A stretch of 64,000 bases of DNA from Oceanicoccus sp. (GCA_047621325.1 JBLHLT010000008.1:37804-101803), one strand, 5' to 3'. Positions 9,242-21,103 are shown, numbered from the stretch's first letter. Program-made: numbers and translations. Notes: a model not told the origin generated them from the letters alone.

Positions 9242-10926
9242 TTTTCTGAACTCAATTGCCTAAAAATTGGAAAATCGACTTCAACCGCACAACCATTCTT
9301 CATATATTCGGTGCGTTTACATACGCGGTGTATCAATGATACGCCGCGACCAAAGGAGTCCTCACCTTTGCCAGACATAATATTATTAATATCAAACCCT
9401 ACTCCTGAATCTTCCATTTTAATTCTTAATACTGACTCACTATCCTCATCATTAATTAACTTAAAGCTGATTTTGATATAAGCATTATCTAATTGCTCAA
9501 GACGAATCTTTCTTTGCTTATAATATTCAATAAAGCCATCTTCTGTACGCTTCATATCTGATGATAAATTCAGAATACCGTGCTCTAACGCATTACTGAA
9601 CAACTCAGATAATAGCAAGCCTATAACGTCTCTATTGGGCCTAAGGGACGTTTGAGCCCCTAATACCGACATAATTTCTTCAACCGGATTCGATTTTTTC
9701 AAATCACCTGCATCAAGATTAAAGCGAATATTCCACTGAATACCGTCATATTTTGCGGTCTTTTCAATTTCTTGCCCTCTAAGAACAACTTTACCAGCAC
9801 TCACCTCTACCAAAGTAATATCATCATTTTGCTCGGCGCCTTTAGTAAAGGCATTTAATTTCTCTAATACAGCGGTCATTGGGTCTATCACCCCTGAGGC
9901 AAAAATACTCTTTAGACCTTCTTCAGTGAAAAATTCGCCATCCGGATTTTCCGCTTCAATTATACCGTCAGTAAACAATATAATTTTTTCACCTTCCTCA
10001 AGTTTCTTAATTTCAAACGCTTTATTAAAACTTTCGCTTTGCTCAATACCCAATGGAATATTTTTAGAAACCACCGGCTCTTTAATGGCTCCGTCTGCAC
10101 CAATAATATAACCATCGGGCAAACCACCAGACCAAAGTTGTACACTATTACCTTGCGCATTTAGCTCCAACAAGGTTGCGCAACAAAACATGTAATCAGG
10201 CAACATAGATAGCAGCATGCGATTAAATTCATACGCAATTTCACCCACACTCAAATGCCGATTGACTAATTGATCAAAACTATTTGCAATAGGCAGTGTG
10301 CCAATTGAAGCGCCTAACCCGTGTCCGGTAAAATCCCCTAAAAACACGTATAAGCCACCACCAGGGCTAGGTGCCGACAGTAATATATCGCCATTAAACG
10401 TAGATGCCGGAGCAATATGACTGCGTAGATTACTGCAATCACTCAAATTATGCTCAAGTGCGCGATTAAAAATATGTGAAACGATATTCTTCTCTCGCTC
10501 CCAACGACTATTGTGCAATGTCAGCTGGGTATTTTTTTCTTGGATTTGTTCGGTTAATTCCCGTATGCGTAAATGCGCTGAAATTTTGGCCTTTAATACC
10601 GCCTCATTGTAGGGTTTCGATAAAAAGTCATCGCCACCAGAGTCTAGGCATTCACTTAAAGCTTTATCATCTTCTAATGCGGTTAAAAATATAATGGGGA
10701 CATGTCGGCCCTCATCACAAAGTTCTTTGATTTTTTTAGCCGCTTCGAGGCCGTCCATCACCGGCATCATGACATCCATCAATACGATATCAATAGACGA
10801 TTCTTGAAATAAATTAACCGCTTCTAAGCCATCTTTAGCTTCAATTACTTCATGACCATCATCTTCAAGTAACCACACTAAAATTGCACGGTTAGTGGCT
10901 TGATCATCAACAACTAATATACGCAT
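9238..10926 (-). CDS. three-domain REC / PP2C (SpoIIE) phosphatase / HATPase anti-sigma-kinase protein, CrsR-like
   Basis: REC (RILVVDD...DIVLMDVMMPVMDG...SKP). PP2C (GDFTGHG, NDDITLVEV). C-terminal RsbW-like HATPase (ELFSNALEHG, DSGVGF). Confidence 0.85.
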   Translation of the reverse strand: MRILVVDDQATNRAILVWLLEDDGHEVIEAKDGLEAVNLFQESSIDIVLMDVMMPVMDGLEAAKKIKELCDEGRHVPIIFLTALEDDKALSECLDSGGDDFLSKPYNEAVLKAKISAHLRIRELTEQIQEKNTQLTLHNSRWEREKNIVSHIFNRALEHNLSDCSNLRSHIAPASTFNGDILLSAPSPGGGLYVFLGDFTGHGLGASIGTLPIANSFDQLVNRHLSVGEIAYEFNRMLLSMLPDYMFCCATLLELNAQGNSVQLWSGGLPDGYIIGADGAIKEPVVSKNIPLGIEQSESFNKAFEIKKLEEGEKIILFTDGIIEAENPDGEFFTEEGLKSIFASGVIDPMTAVLEKLNAFTKGAEQNDDITLVEVSAGKVVLRGQEIEKTAKYDGIQWNIRFNLDAGDLKKSNPVEEIMSVLGAQTSLRPNRDVIGLLLSELFSNALEHGILNLSSDMKRTEDGFIEYYKQRKIRLEQLDNAYIKISFKLINDEDSESVLRIKMEDSGVGFDINNIMSGKGEDSFGRGVSLIHRVCKRTEYMKNGCAVEVDFPIFRQLSSEN

Positions 10927-10928
10927 GG

Positions 10929-11231
10929 TTATACAAACTTAAATTTTTTGTCGAAGTGGGCAATTGAGAATATTTTCATTAAGTTAGGCTGACAGTTGTT
11001 AATTTCAATCTGCCTATCTTCGGCCCCTAAGTGGTTTTTCATATTAAGCAGCATGCCTAATGCAGAGCTATCGATATATTCTGTTTGTGCTAAATCAATC
11101 ACAAAGCGGCTATCAGATCCCTGTTTCTCGGAATACGCTTCTCGAAATTCCTGCAGAATATTAAAATCAAATCGCCCTTTAATGGTGATTCTTAATGTAT
11201 CGGCACTATGGTCAACACTCACTACGCTCAT
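10929..11231 (-). CDS. STAS-domain anti-sigma-factor antagonist, CrsA-like
   Basis: 100 aa; STAS core with conserved phospho-Ser context YIDSSALGMLL; its stop is 2 nt from the downstream REC-PP2C-kinase start. Confidence 0.85.
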   Translation of the reverse strand: MSVVSVDHSADTLRITIKGRFDFNILQEFREAYSEKQGSDSRFVIDLAQTEYIDSSALGMLLNMKNHLGAEDRQIEINNCQPNLMKIFSIAHFDKKFKFV

Positions 11232-11350
11232 AATCTATCCCCTGTATAAGCCGCTATCCCCTAAAGAATAGATGCAGGAATGGTGTTTTGCCCATACAAG
11301 TGATAAATTTTTCTGTCTCTGCCCCAATATTAATAAGAAGTTACCTTTTC

Positions 11351-11785
11351 ATGCACAGTCCAAGCAAAAGCCGTAATAGCATCATCATCTGGTCGCTTCT
11401 CATCATTGGCTGGACCAGTGTTTGTTTGGGAGTACTGGGCATCTTTTTACCCCTACTACCGACCACGCCTTTCTTATTGTTAGCCGCGGCCTGCTTTGTG
11501 CGCTCAAGCCCTCGTTTCTATCACTGGCTGATAGAACACCCAAAACTTGGTAAGTATGTTCTGCATTACTTAAATGGGGAGGGACTGCCTAAAAAAGCGA
11601 AAATCTACACGATTAGTATGATTTGGCTCACGATGGGCATTTCTGCTTGGCTTGTAGTGCCCATTATTTGGGGGAAGTTAGTGCTGTTGCTCATAGGTGG
11701 GTGCGTCAGCATTTATATCTGGCGCTTACCCACCTTACCTACGGCTAGCGCAGCCAAACCTCAACACGACGATTTTTCACTTTAG
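11351..11785 (+). CDS. ybaN: DUF454 inner-membrane protein YbaN
   Basis: LGVLGIFLPLLPTTPFLLLAAACFVRSSPRFYHWL matches E. coli YbaN. I place the start at ATG 11351 rather than the TTG at 11288. Confidence 0.8.
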   Translation: MHSPSKSRNSIIIWSLLIIGWTSVCLGVLGIFLPLLPTTPFLLLAAACFVRSSPRFYHWLIEHPKLGKYVLHYLNGEGLPKKAKIYTISMIWLTMGISAWLVVPIIWGKLVLLLIGGCVSIYIWRLPTLPTASAAKPQHDDFSL

Positions 11786-13157
11786 ACGCGCCTTCAAAGG
11801 ACGCTACAGGGTTGAAATCGCCATAACCCGTGGTTTTTTCTGGATAAATACCTAAACGTGATAACTCACGCTTGACCGCCATGGCTCTTAACTTCGATAG
11901 CAATTTAGATCGTTGCTCGTTTTTGCGTTTATCACCAAAGCCTATCAATACAAGTTTAGAGCTAGGGTTTTGCTCTCGTACAAAATACGCTAAACGCTGA
12001 ATATCCATTAACGCTTTATTATCTAACTGAGCACTGCCCTCTTGAAAACGAAAGTTCACGCTCAATCGTTTTGCGCCCTGCACCATCTCAACATAATCTT
12101 CAGGCATATCTTCAGCCTTTGCCGTAACCATTGACTCTACATTTTGTGAAATAAAGCCTTCACTGCGCACAATGGCTTGCCCCTTAATACCTTGCGCAAA
12201 CCGCATAAACTCTTGCACATAGCTATTAGACGGTGTGCTATGGGTATAAAAGAAAAGACGTCGTGATAGTGCATAATCCTCCGTTGCCACAGTTAATTGT
12301 GAGGGTTTAAATGCTTGTGCCGGCCCGTCACTAATGGCCAGTAACTTACTTTTACCCACAAATGCCATACCAATAAAACCAATGCCGCCGTCATTTTGTA
12401 ATACGTTTCTTACTAAATGCTCACTGGATTCAAATCGTTGAGCAAGCTCACTTAGTTTAAAACGTTTACCAAGCACCATATTTTTAAAGCTGTCCCACGT
12501 ACCTGAGTTTTCGTCACGTGCAAACAGCGATATTCTCATATTTGGCCCACCTAATTCAGACCAGTTTGTCACTTGCCCAGAATAAATCATGCCCAGCTGT
12601 TCTTTACTTAATTGATTAACCGTATTGCTAGAGTTAACCACAATAGCTAAACCATCAATCCCCAAAATATGTTCTGACTGGGGCTCAAGCAGGTTTGAAA
12701 ACGCTTTCGCAGCTACAACCTCTTTCGTTTTCACCGCACGGGACGACGCCCAAATATCCGCATCACCATTCATTAAGCTCTTATAACCCGTACTAGAACC
12801 ATGCGCGGCAATAGCAACTTGAACCGACTTACCCAAATTAGGAAAATCCCCTTTCACCATTTTTTCATTGGGCTGATCTAACAACGATACTCGAACATTT
12901 TTTGCGCCTTTTGCCTCTAAATAGGCCATTACCATATTAGGTGCCAAACTCTCGCCTACGGTGTTTGAACCATGAATGGTAAATAGTGTTTGTACCGACG
13001 ACCCGTTAGGCAAACTTTCTAGTCGTTTAGGTTCACCATTAATCGCAACTTTTGCTTCTGACCAACGTAGCTCTTGTTCAGCTGAAATCGCCCCATGTGC
13101 TAACCCAACAAATAAAAAGCCAGCTAAAAAGCTGAATAAACGAGAGTATTTGAACAT
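11745..13157 (-). CDS. PstS-like phosphate-binding domain fused to a C-terminal OmpA-like domain
   Basis: Signal peptide; PBP-like body (GSSTGY, ISLFARDENSGTWDSF); C-terminal OmpA_C-like module (LIGFGD...NRRVEVWL). Confidence 0.75.
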   Translation of the reverse strand: MFKYSRLFSFLAGFLFVGLAHGAISAEQELRWSEAKVAINGEPKRLESLPNGSSVQTLFTIHGSNTVGESLAPNMVMAYLEAKGAKNVRVSLLDQPNEKMVKGDFPNLGKSVQVAIAAHGSSTGYKSLMNGDADIWASSRAVKTKEVVAAKAFSNLLEPQSEHILGIDGLAIVVNSSNTVNQLSKEQLGMIYSGQVTNWSELGGPNMRISLFARDENSGTWDSFKNMVLGKRFKLSELAQRFESSEHLVRNVLQNDGGIGFIGMAFVGKSKLLAISDGPAQAFKPSQLTVATEDYALSRRLFFYTHSTPSNSYVQEFMRFAQGIKGQAIVRSEGFISQNVESMVTAKAEDMPEDYVEMVQGAKRLSVNFRFQEGSAQLDNKALMDIQRLAYFVREQNPSSKLVLIGFGDKRKNEQRSKLLSKLRAMAVKRELSRLGIYPEKTTGYGDFNPVASFEGASKVKNRRVEVWLR

Positions 13158-13317
13158 TCTAAAACCTGAGAATTTGTAAGTACTGGCAGGCTAACTTTTA
13201 ATTGTTACAGATATGTTACAGCTAGCAATAGCGTGTCATGACACGCTTTTTAAACGTGGCTGAGAAAATCAGGCACAAAAAAACCGCCCGTAGGCGGTTT
13301 ATTAAAATCAGCTTTAA

Positions 13318-13644
13318 TTATGCTTCATCTGGTACAGCGGCGTCGATCAGCTTTTTAAGTTCACCGCTTTCTGCCATTTCAGTGACGATGTCACAACCGC
13401 CGACTAATTCGCCTTTCACCCACAACTGTGGGAACGTTGGCCAGTTAGCATACGCTGGTAGGCTCGCGCGGATTTCTGGGTTAGATAGAATATCAACATA
13501 CGCAAAACGCTTACCGCATTCCATTAATGCCGACACAGTACGAGCTGAGAAACCACACTGTGGTTGATTCGGGTTGCCCTTCATGTAGATAAGGACATCA
13601 TTGCTACCAATTTGCTCTTTGATTTGTTCGATAATATCAGACAT
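13318..13644 (-). CDS. grxD: monothiol glutaredoxin Grx4
   Basis: CGFS active site; WPTFPQLWVKGELVGGCDIV; collinear with E. coli GrxD. Confidence 0.95.
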   Translation of the reverse strand: MSDIIEQIKEQIGSNDVLIYMKGNPNQPQCGFSARTVSALMECGKRFAYVDILSNPEIRASLPAYANWPTFPQLWVKGELVGGCDIVTEMAESGELKKLIDAAVPDEA

Positions 13645-13814
13645 ATATAGACTCTCATCTGGGGTGCTAAATTTCGCGTCATTTTAAACAATAACCCAGC
13701 CCATTACTAGGATAAGAAAAACACCGCCCTGCTTCTGGTTGGCTTGACCTTAGTCAAAGCGGCACGCTCAATCCTAGGCATAATACGCCGATTTAATTGC
13801 AATGTGCGTGAATC

Positions 13815-15143
13815 ATGAAAACTGAACTGCTTAGCCCCGCAGGCACCCTTAAGAATATGCGTTATGCCTTCGCCTATGGCGCTGACGCCGTTTACGCTGG
13901 CCAACCCCGCTACAGCCTTAGAGTGCGCAATAACGATTTTGATTTAGCTCACTTAAATACCGGTATTCAAGAAGCACACCTTCAGGGTAAAAAATTCTAT
14001 GTGGCCAGCAATATCGCGCCACACAATAAAAAGGTTCATAGCTACCTAAAAGACATTGAACCTGTAATTGAAATGAAGCCCGATGCGCTCATCATGAGTG
14101 ACCCTGGTTTAATCATGCTGGTAAAAGAAAAATGGCCTGAAACCCCTATTCACCTTAGTGTTCAAGCCAATACCGTTAACTACGCGGCGGTAAAATTTTG
14201 GCATAAACAAGGCATTGAACGGGTCATTCTGTCTAGGGAGTTATCCCTCGATGAAATTGAAGAGATTCGCATGCAAGTCCCCGAGATGGAGCTTGAGGTG
14301 TTTGTGCATGGCGCCCTATGCATTGCTTACTCGGGCCGCTGCTTACTGAGCGGCTATATTAACAAACGCGACCCAAATCAAGGCACCTGCACAAACACCT
14401 GCCGCTGGAAATACGACACCCATGACGCCAAGCAAAACGAGCAAGGTGACATTATCCTTAAAGACACCCCTAAAGTATGGCAACCCGAGCCCACTTTAGG
14501 GTTAGGCGATACCACCGATGGTTTATATTTACTTGAAGATCCCACTCGCCCAGGGGAATTCATGCCTGCTTTCGAAGATGAGCATGGTACTTATATTATG
14601 AATTCAAAAGACCTACGAGCCATTCAGCACATTCAAAGGCTGGTCGATATCGGTGTGCATTCATTAAAAATAGAAGGCCGCACCAAAAGCCATTACTACG
14701 CAGCAAGAACCGCTCAAACCTATCGCCAAGCCATAGATGATGCATTGGCAGGCAAACCATTTGATAAGTCGTTAATGAACACCTTAGAAGCACTCTCTAA
14801 CAGGGGTTATACCGAAGGGTTTTATCGCCGCCATGTGCACGATGAATATCAAAACTATGAACGTGGCACCTCAAACAGCACCAAGCAGCAGTTTGTGGGT
14901 GAAGCCATTCAAGAAATTCACCCTGATTACATAACCATTGATGTGAAAAATCACTTCGAAGAAGGGGATAATTTAGAACTTATGTCGCCTAATGGAAACA
15001 TCAGTTTCAAGTTAACAGGCATGCTCGATACCAAACAGCAACCAAGGCTTATAGCTCAGGGTTCTGGTGTTAAAGTGTTAATCCCGAAACCTCAAGGGTA
15101 CGTAGACAACCAATACACATTGCTTATGCGAGACTTAGAGTAA
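13815..15143 (+). CDS. trhP: U32-family peptidase YegQ/TrhP (tRNA 5-hydroxyuridine synthesis)
   Basis: ELLSPAGTLKNMRYAFAYGADAVYAGQPRYSLRVRNN and EDEHGTYIMNSKDLRAI are nearly identical to E. coli YegQ. Confidence 0.9.
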   Translation: MKTELLSPAGTLKNMRYAFAYGADAVYAGQPRYSLRVRNNDFDLAHLNTGIQEAHLQGKKFYVASNIAPHNKKVHSYLKDIEPVIEMKPDALIMSDPGLIMLVKEKWPETPIHLSVQANTVNYAAVKFWHKQGIERVILSRELSLDEIEEIRMQVPEMELEVFVHGALCIAYSGRCLLSGYINKRDPNQGTCTNTCRWKYDTHDAKQNEQGDIILKDTPKVWQPEPTLGLGDTTDGLYLLEDPTRPGEFMPAFEDEHGTYIMNSKDLRAIQHIQRLVDIGVHSLKIEGRTKSHYYAARTAQTYRQAIDDALAGKPFDKSLMNTLEALSNRGYTEGFYRRHVHDEYQNYERGTSNSTKQQFVGEAIQEIHPDYITIDVKNHFEEGDNLELMSPNGNISFKLTGMLDTKQQPRLIAQGSGVKVLIPKPQGYVDNQYTLLMRDLE

Positions 15144-15231
15144 TTTAGAATAAATCAATTGTTCAGGTACTCAATAGAATCCACTCTCTAATTGATTGCG
15201 TATAGTATTTAGACTCTGTTCTGGATACCTC

Positions 15232-15756
15232 ATGAAACTATACGCTATCATATTTTCTTTTTTGCCCTCTTTGGTGCTTGCCCAGTGCCCTAGCTGGTTG
15301 GATACCCATATCGAAAAATTGCACAGCAAGGATGTCGTACCACTTTGCCAGCTCGTCATAAATAAGCCGCTATTAATCGTTAATACCGCAAGCCACTGCG
15401 GTTACACAGAACAATTTGAAGGCCTTGAGGCTTTACATCAAAAATATAAAGACCGCGGTTTAGTCGTCTTGGGGTTCCCTTCTAATAGTTTTAATCAGGA
15501 GGCGAGCGATGAAGCCAAAACAGCTGATATTTGTTATCGCAACTTTGGCGTCAGTTTTATTATGAGCAAACCCGTCAACGTTAAAGACAGCAACGTACAC
15601 CCTATCTTTAGACACTTGCGTTCACAGCAAGGTGAGCCAAGCTGGAACTTCAATAAATATTTGGTCGATGCAAACGGCAATGTTTTAAAACGCTATAACA
15701 GCTCGGTAAAACCCAATTCAGCTGACATGATCAATGACATCGAGGCGGTGCTTTAA
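15232..15756 (+). CDS. glutathione peroxidase (Cys-type), secreted
   Basis: VNTASHCGYT active site, LGFPSNSFNQE, WNFNKYLV; signal peptide from ATG 15232. Confidence 0.9.
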   Translation: MKLYAIIFSFLPSLVLAQCPSWLDTHIEKLHSKDVVPLCQLVINKPLLIVNTASHCGYTEQFEGLEALHQKYKDRGLVVLGFPSNSFNQEASDEAKTADICYRNFGVSFIMSKPVNVKDSNVHPIFRHLRSQQGEPSWNFNKYLVDANGNVLKRYNSSVKPNSADMINDIEAVL

Positions 15757-15757
15757 T

Positions 15758-16180
15758 ATGAGCAAGTCCGATAACAAGATGACCGTTTTTTATGATGGGC
15801 ACTGCCCTCTTTGCAACTGGGAAATATCGCATTTAAAAAAGCGAGATCACGAGCTGAATATTCATTTTGAAAATATTCACTGCGAACAATTCCCTCTTAA
15901 ACACCCTGAACTTAACAAACATACACTCGACGCTTTATTGCATGTACAACAATCAAATGGGCAATGGGTTAAAGGCATTGATGCAAACTACCTACTTTGG
16001 GACAGCGTAGGTTTAGGCAAGTGGTTTTTGCCGCTTAAATGGCAGTGGTGTCGTCCTATACTGAATTTTTGTTATTTAACGTTTGCAAAGTATCGCCACA
16101 GCATTACATCGGTGCTGTTTCCTAATCATGCTCAACGATTAGCTAAACAGAAAAAAAACCAAGAGAAAGGTCATGAATAA
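15758..16180 (+). CDS. thiol-disulfide oxidoreductase DCC family (DUF393)
   Basis: VFYDGHCPLCNWEI (D-x-x-C-x-x-C); its ATG lies 1 nt after the gpx stop. Confidence 0.8.
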   Translation: MSKSDNKMTVFYDGHCPLCNWEISHLKKRDHELNIHFENIHCEQFPLKHPELNKHTLDALLHVQQSNGQWVKGIDANYLLWDSVGLGKWFLPLKWQWCRPILNFCYLTFAKYRHSITSVLFPNHAQRLAKQKKNQEKGHE

Positions 16181-16880
16181 CATTGTCATTGGTAGCAGCA
16201 GTGCAATAGCAAAGGCCATTATTAGTCAGCTCAAGCCAACTAGTGATGCCATCATAAGCATTTCCAGTAAACCTGATCATATTGATGAAGGCAGCGTCAA
16301 AACAATACAGTGTGATTACTCCACGGCCAGCATGTCGCAGGCTATAAAAGCGATTACCAGTCTAAACCTGCCAAGTATTGATCGTATTTATATTTGTAAC
16401 GGCATACTGCAAAATGATGATATTAAAGTAGAGAAACGCTTAGAGGATATTAAAGCCGATGCTTTTATGTCACTTATGAATAGTAACGCGTTGATCCCTA
16501 TTCTTTGGTTACAAGCCCTTCTGCCCATACTGCGCAATCAACAATGCACCATAACGGTTTTTAGTGCGCGCATTGGGAGTATTTCAGACAATCACTTGGG
16601 CGGCTGGTATAGCTATCGTGCCAGTAAAGCCGCGCTTAATATGCTGCTAAAAAGCGCCGCAATTGAATATGCAAAACGAGCAAAAAGCGTGAAGCTTTTA
16701 GCGTTTCATCCTGGCACAACCGACACACCACTGAGCGAGCCATTTCAGCAAAACTTAAAAAAAGACGCGTTATTTACGACCGAGTTTGTTGCTGAGCGTC
16801 TTGAATCTATTATTAGTAATCTCACACTTGATAGCCAACTTAGCTTTCTCGATTGGCAAGGGAAAGAAATCACATGGTAA
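16173..16880 (+). CDS. short-chain dehydrogenase/reductase (SDR)
   Basis: Catalytic Y-x-x-x-K (YRASKAAL); N-terminal nucleotide-binding turn IGSSSAIAKA; its start overlaps the DCC gene end by 8 nt. Confidence 0.8.
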   Translation: MNNIVIGSSSAIAKAIISQLKPTSDAIISISSKPDHIDEGSVKTIQCDYSTASMSQAIKAITSLNLPSIDRIYICNGILQNDDIKVEKRLEDIKADAFMSLMNSNALIPILWLQALLPILRNQQCTITVFSARIGSISDNHLGGWYSYRASKAALNMLLKSAAIEYAKRAKSVKLLAFHPGTTDTPLSEPFQQNLKKDALFTTEFVAERLESIISNLTLDSQLSFLDWQGKEITW

Positions 16881-16883
16881 CAA

Positions 16884-17273
16884 TTAGTTGCTGTTTGAAT
16901 CGGTGAGCCACTCTAACGCTTCTTGCACGTCATCAAAATACTTAATGTCACCAGAAATAAACCATGTACCTATTTTGGCAGCCACTTGCAACCAGCGCTT
17001 ATTACCGCAAATGGCGACCTTTTGAAATTCATCGCCGTGGTTGAGGCCTAACTTTAAATCATCCCAAGCCGCTCTTAATTCCCAGCCATCTAGTCCGGTT
17101 GCATCGAACAATAAATCAGCATGAGGATTTTCAACTTTGTTTAGCGCGCCATCAATTAATGGGGTAATCGCTAAGTAATCTTGATGTGTTAACGTCCCCA
17201 CGGCTTTAAGTGAAATAAAAACATAACTATCAACCCGTTCAATGCCAATAGTTAAGCCATGTTTAATAAGCAT
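16884..17273 (-). CDS. SpoIIAA-like / STAS-fold protein (DUF3478-type)
   Basis: 129 aa; pattern FISLKAVGTLTHQDY...DGWELRAAWDDLKLG...KVAICGNKRW is typical of this family as I recall it. Confidence 0.6.
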   Translation of the reverse strand: MLIKHGLTIGIERVDSYVFISLKAVGTLTHQDYLAITPLIDGALNKVENPHADLLFDATGLDGWELRAAWDDLKLGLNHGDEFQKVAICGNKRWLQVAAKIGTWFISGDIKYFDDVQEALEWLTDSNSN

Positions 17274-17377
17274 TCTGTTTTCCCGTATAAAATCGTGCCG
17301 ATTTTGACAGAGATAAAGTTACCGCTATTTGTATTTTCATCCACTGATATAGATCACGAACCATTAACCCTCATACA

Positions 17378-17408
17378 CAAAAAAGCCCTCAATTGTGAGG
17401 GCTTTTTG
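17378..17408 (-). terminator. rho-independent terminator after sucD (bidirectional form)
   Basis: aaaaaAGCCCTCAattgTGAGGGCTtttt: 8-bp GC-rich stem flanked by an A-run and a T-run, 18 nt after the sucD stop. Confidence 0.75.
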
Positions 17409-17425
17409 ATCTAGGTTTTAAAGGC

Positions 17426-18298
17426 TTACCAACCCGCTTTCTCTTTCAAAGCTTGACCAATATCCGCCAAGCTGCGTACGGTTTTAACACCAGCGGCCTC
17501 TAGGGCTGCAAACTTTTCAGCTGCAGTGCCTTTACCGCCTGCGATAATGGCTCCAGCATGACCCATACGCTTGCCTGCAGGTGCCGTTACACCAGCAATA
17601 TAAGATACAACCGGCTTGGTCACATTATGTTTAATAAAATCAGCGGCTTCTTCTTCTGCCGTGCCGCCAATTTCACCAATCATCACGATGGCTTCTGTTT
17701 TAGGGTCATCCTGAAAACGCTTTAAGATATCAATGAAACTTGAACCCGGAATAGGGTCACCACCAATACCAACACACGTTGACTGGCCAAAACCATAATC
17801 CGTGGTTTGTTTAACCGCTTCATAGGTTAACGTACCAGAACGAGAAACGATGCCCACTTTACCTGGCTTATGAATATGGCCCGGCATAATGCCAATTTTG
17901 CATTCCCCAGGAGTAATCACACCTGGGCAATTTGGCCCAATTAAGGTGACACCCAACTCATCACAACGCATTTTGCACAGCATCATGTCTAAAGTAGGAA
18001 TACCTTCTGTAATGCATACGATCAGTTTAATTCCGCCATTCGCAGCTTCTAATATGGAATCTTTACAAAATGGCGCTGGCACATAAATAACAGAGGCTTC
18101 AGCGCCTGTTTCTGCCACAGCCTCTTTAACTGTATTAAAAACAGGCAAGCCTAAATGTGTGGTTCCACCTTTACCTGGGGTAACACCACCCACCATTTTT
18201 GTGCCATATTCGATCGCTTGCTCAGAATGAAACGAACCCTGAGAACCGGTAAACCCTTGGCAAATAACTTTGGTGTTTTTATCAATTAAAATACTCAT
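17426..18298 (-). CDS. sucD: succinyl-CoA ligase subunit alpha
   Basis: [21 protein letters not shown]..., GHAGAII phosphohistidine loop; start placed at ATG 18298, 1 nt after the sucC TGA. Confidence 0.97.
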   Translation of the reverse strand: MSILIDKNTKVICQGFTGSQGSFHSEQAIEYGTKMVGGVTPGKGGTTHLGLPVFNTVKEAVAETGAEASVIYVPAPFCKDSILEAANGGIKLIVCITEGIPTLDMMLCKMRCDELGVTLIGPNCPGVITPGECKIGIMPGHIHKPGKVGIVSRSGTLTYEAVKQTTDYGFGQSTCVGIGGDPIPGSSFIDILKRFQDDPKTEAIVMIGEIGGTAEEEAADFIKHNVTKPVVSYIAGVTAPAGKRMGHAGAIIAGGKGTAAEKFAALEAAGVKTVRSLADIGQALKEKAGW

Positions 18299-18299
18299 A

Positions 18300-19466
18300 T
18301 CACTTGCCTCCTGCTGCTTTAACAACCTGCTGAGCAGCATCTTTTAAACTGATCGCTGCTATAATATCTAAACCGCTTTCTGCCAATTTTTTAGAGCCTA
18401 ACTCGGCATTATTACCTTCTAAACGAACAACCACCGGAACTTTAACGCCCACTTCTTTAACCGCGCCAATAATACCTTCTGCGATCATGTCACAACGTAC
18501 AATCCCACCAAAAATATTCACCAATACCGCTTTTACTTTGTCGTCTGAAAGAATAATTTTAAACGCCTCAGCCACACGTTCTTTTGTTGCACCGCCGCCA
18601 ACATCCAAAAAGTTTGCAGGGTCTCCGCCATTTAACTTAATAATATCCATGGTGCCCATGGCCAAACCTGCACCATTTACCATGCAGCCTATATTGCCAT
18701 CTAGCGCAACATAGTTAAGTTCCCATTTAGCGGCTTCTGCTTCTCTTGCGTCATCTTGTGATGGGTCATGCATGGCTTGTAGATCTTTATGGGCGTATAG
18801 CGCATTGCCATCAATATTGATTTTGGCATCTAGGCAATGTAAATCCCCTGCCTTTGTTATCACAAGTGGATTAATTTCAAGCAGCGCTAAATCTTTTTCA
18901 AAGAACAGTTTTGATAAGCCCAAAAATATCTGTGTAAATTGCTTAATTTGGTGGTCTTTCAGGCCAAGTTTAAATGCCAGTTCACGTGCTTGATGAGGCT
19001 GTGCGCCCGTTAGCGGGTCAATTTCAGCTTTTAGAATTTTCTCTGGGGTTTCATGAGCCACTTTTTCAATTTCAACACCACCTTCAGTGGATGCCATGAA
19101 AACAACTCGTTGTGAGGCACGATCAATGACAGCACCAAGGTATAACTCTTGATCAATGTCTGTACATTCTTCAATTAGGATTTGATGCACCGGCTGACCA
19201 CCTGCATCGGTTTGATATGAAACAAGGTTTCTGCCTAACCAATGTTCTGCAAACGCTTTGATTTCATCTTTGCTTTTGACGACCTTAACACCACCAGCCT
19301 TACCACGTCCCCCAGCATGAACCTGCGCTTTAACCACCCACGCATTACCGGGAACATTATCAGCTGCTTTTACCGCTTCCTCTGCCGTGGTGGCGACTAT
19401 CCCTTGAGAAACAGGTAAACCATAAGCTGCAAAAAGCTGCTTAGCCTGATATTCATGTAAATTCAT
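18300..19466 (-). CDS. sucC: succinyl-CoA ligase subunit beta
   Basis: [12 protein letters not shown] start, ATP-grasp body, GGIVRCD; start placed at ATG 19466. Confidence 0.97.
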   Translation of the reverse strand: MNLHEYQAKQLFAAYGLPVSQGIVATTAEEAVKAADNVPGNAWVVKAQVHAGGRGKAGGVKVVKSKDEIKAFAEHWLGRNLVSYQTDAGGQPVHQILIEECTDIDQELYLGAVIDRASQRVVFMASTEGGVEIEKVAHETPEKILKAEIDPLTGAQPHQARELAFKLGLKDHQIKQFTQIFLGLSKLFFEKDLALLEINPLVITKAGDLHCLDAKINIDGNALYAHKDLQAMHDPSQDDAREAEAAKWELNYVALDGNIGCMVNGAGLAMGTMDIIKLNGGDPANFLDVGGGATKERVAEAFKIILSDDKVKAVLVNIFGGIVRCDMIAEGIIGAVKEVGVKVPVVVRLEGNNAELGSKKLAESGLDIIAAISLKDAAQQVVKAAGGK

Positions 19467-19636
19467 GATGACCTCGTCGTGCTTTCTTTTATGAAAATGA
19501 CGCACCAAAAAACTCAGTGTGTCTTGTTATAATTTTGTTATAACAAAAACTCAGAGTAAAAGACACTTCATAGACGAAAACCGAGGAGTTTAATTATAAA
19601 ACTGGCTAGGTTTACCCTAACCAGTTTATTTACAGA

Positions 19637-21103
<1,467 letters not shown>

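Noticed and set aside
13238-13567. 109-aa + strand ORF
   Set aside because: It is antisense to the highly conserved grxD gene and is a shadow ORF.
17378-17425. Possible SdhX-like 3'UTR sRNA at the end of sucD
   Set aside because: Only about 45 nt lie between the sucD stop and the terminator. I cannot recognise the SdhX seed or any conservation by eye, and nothing beyond an ordinary terminator is supported.
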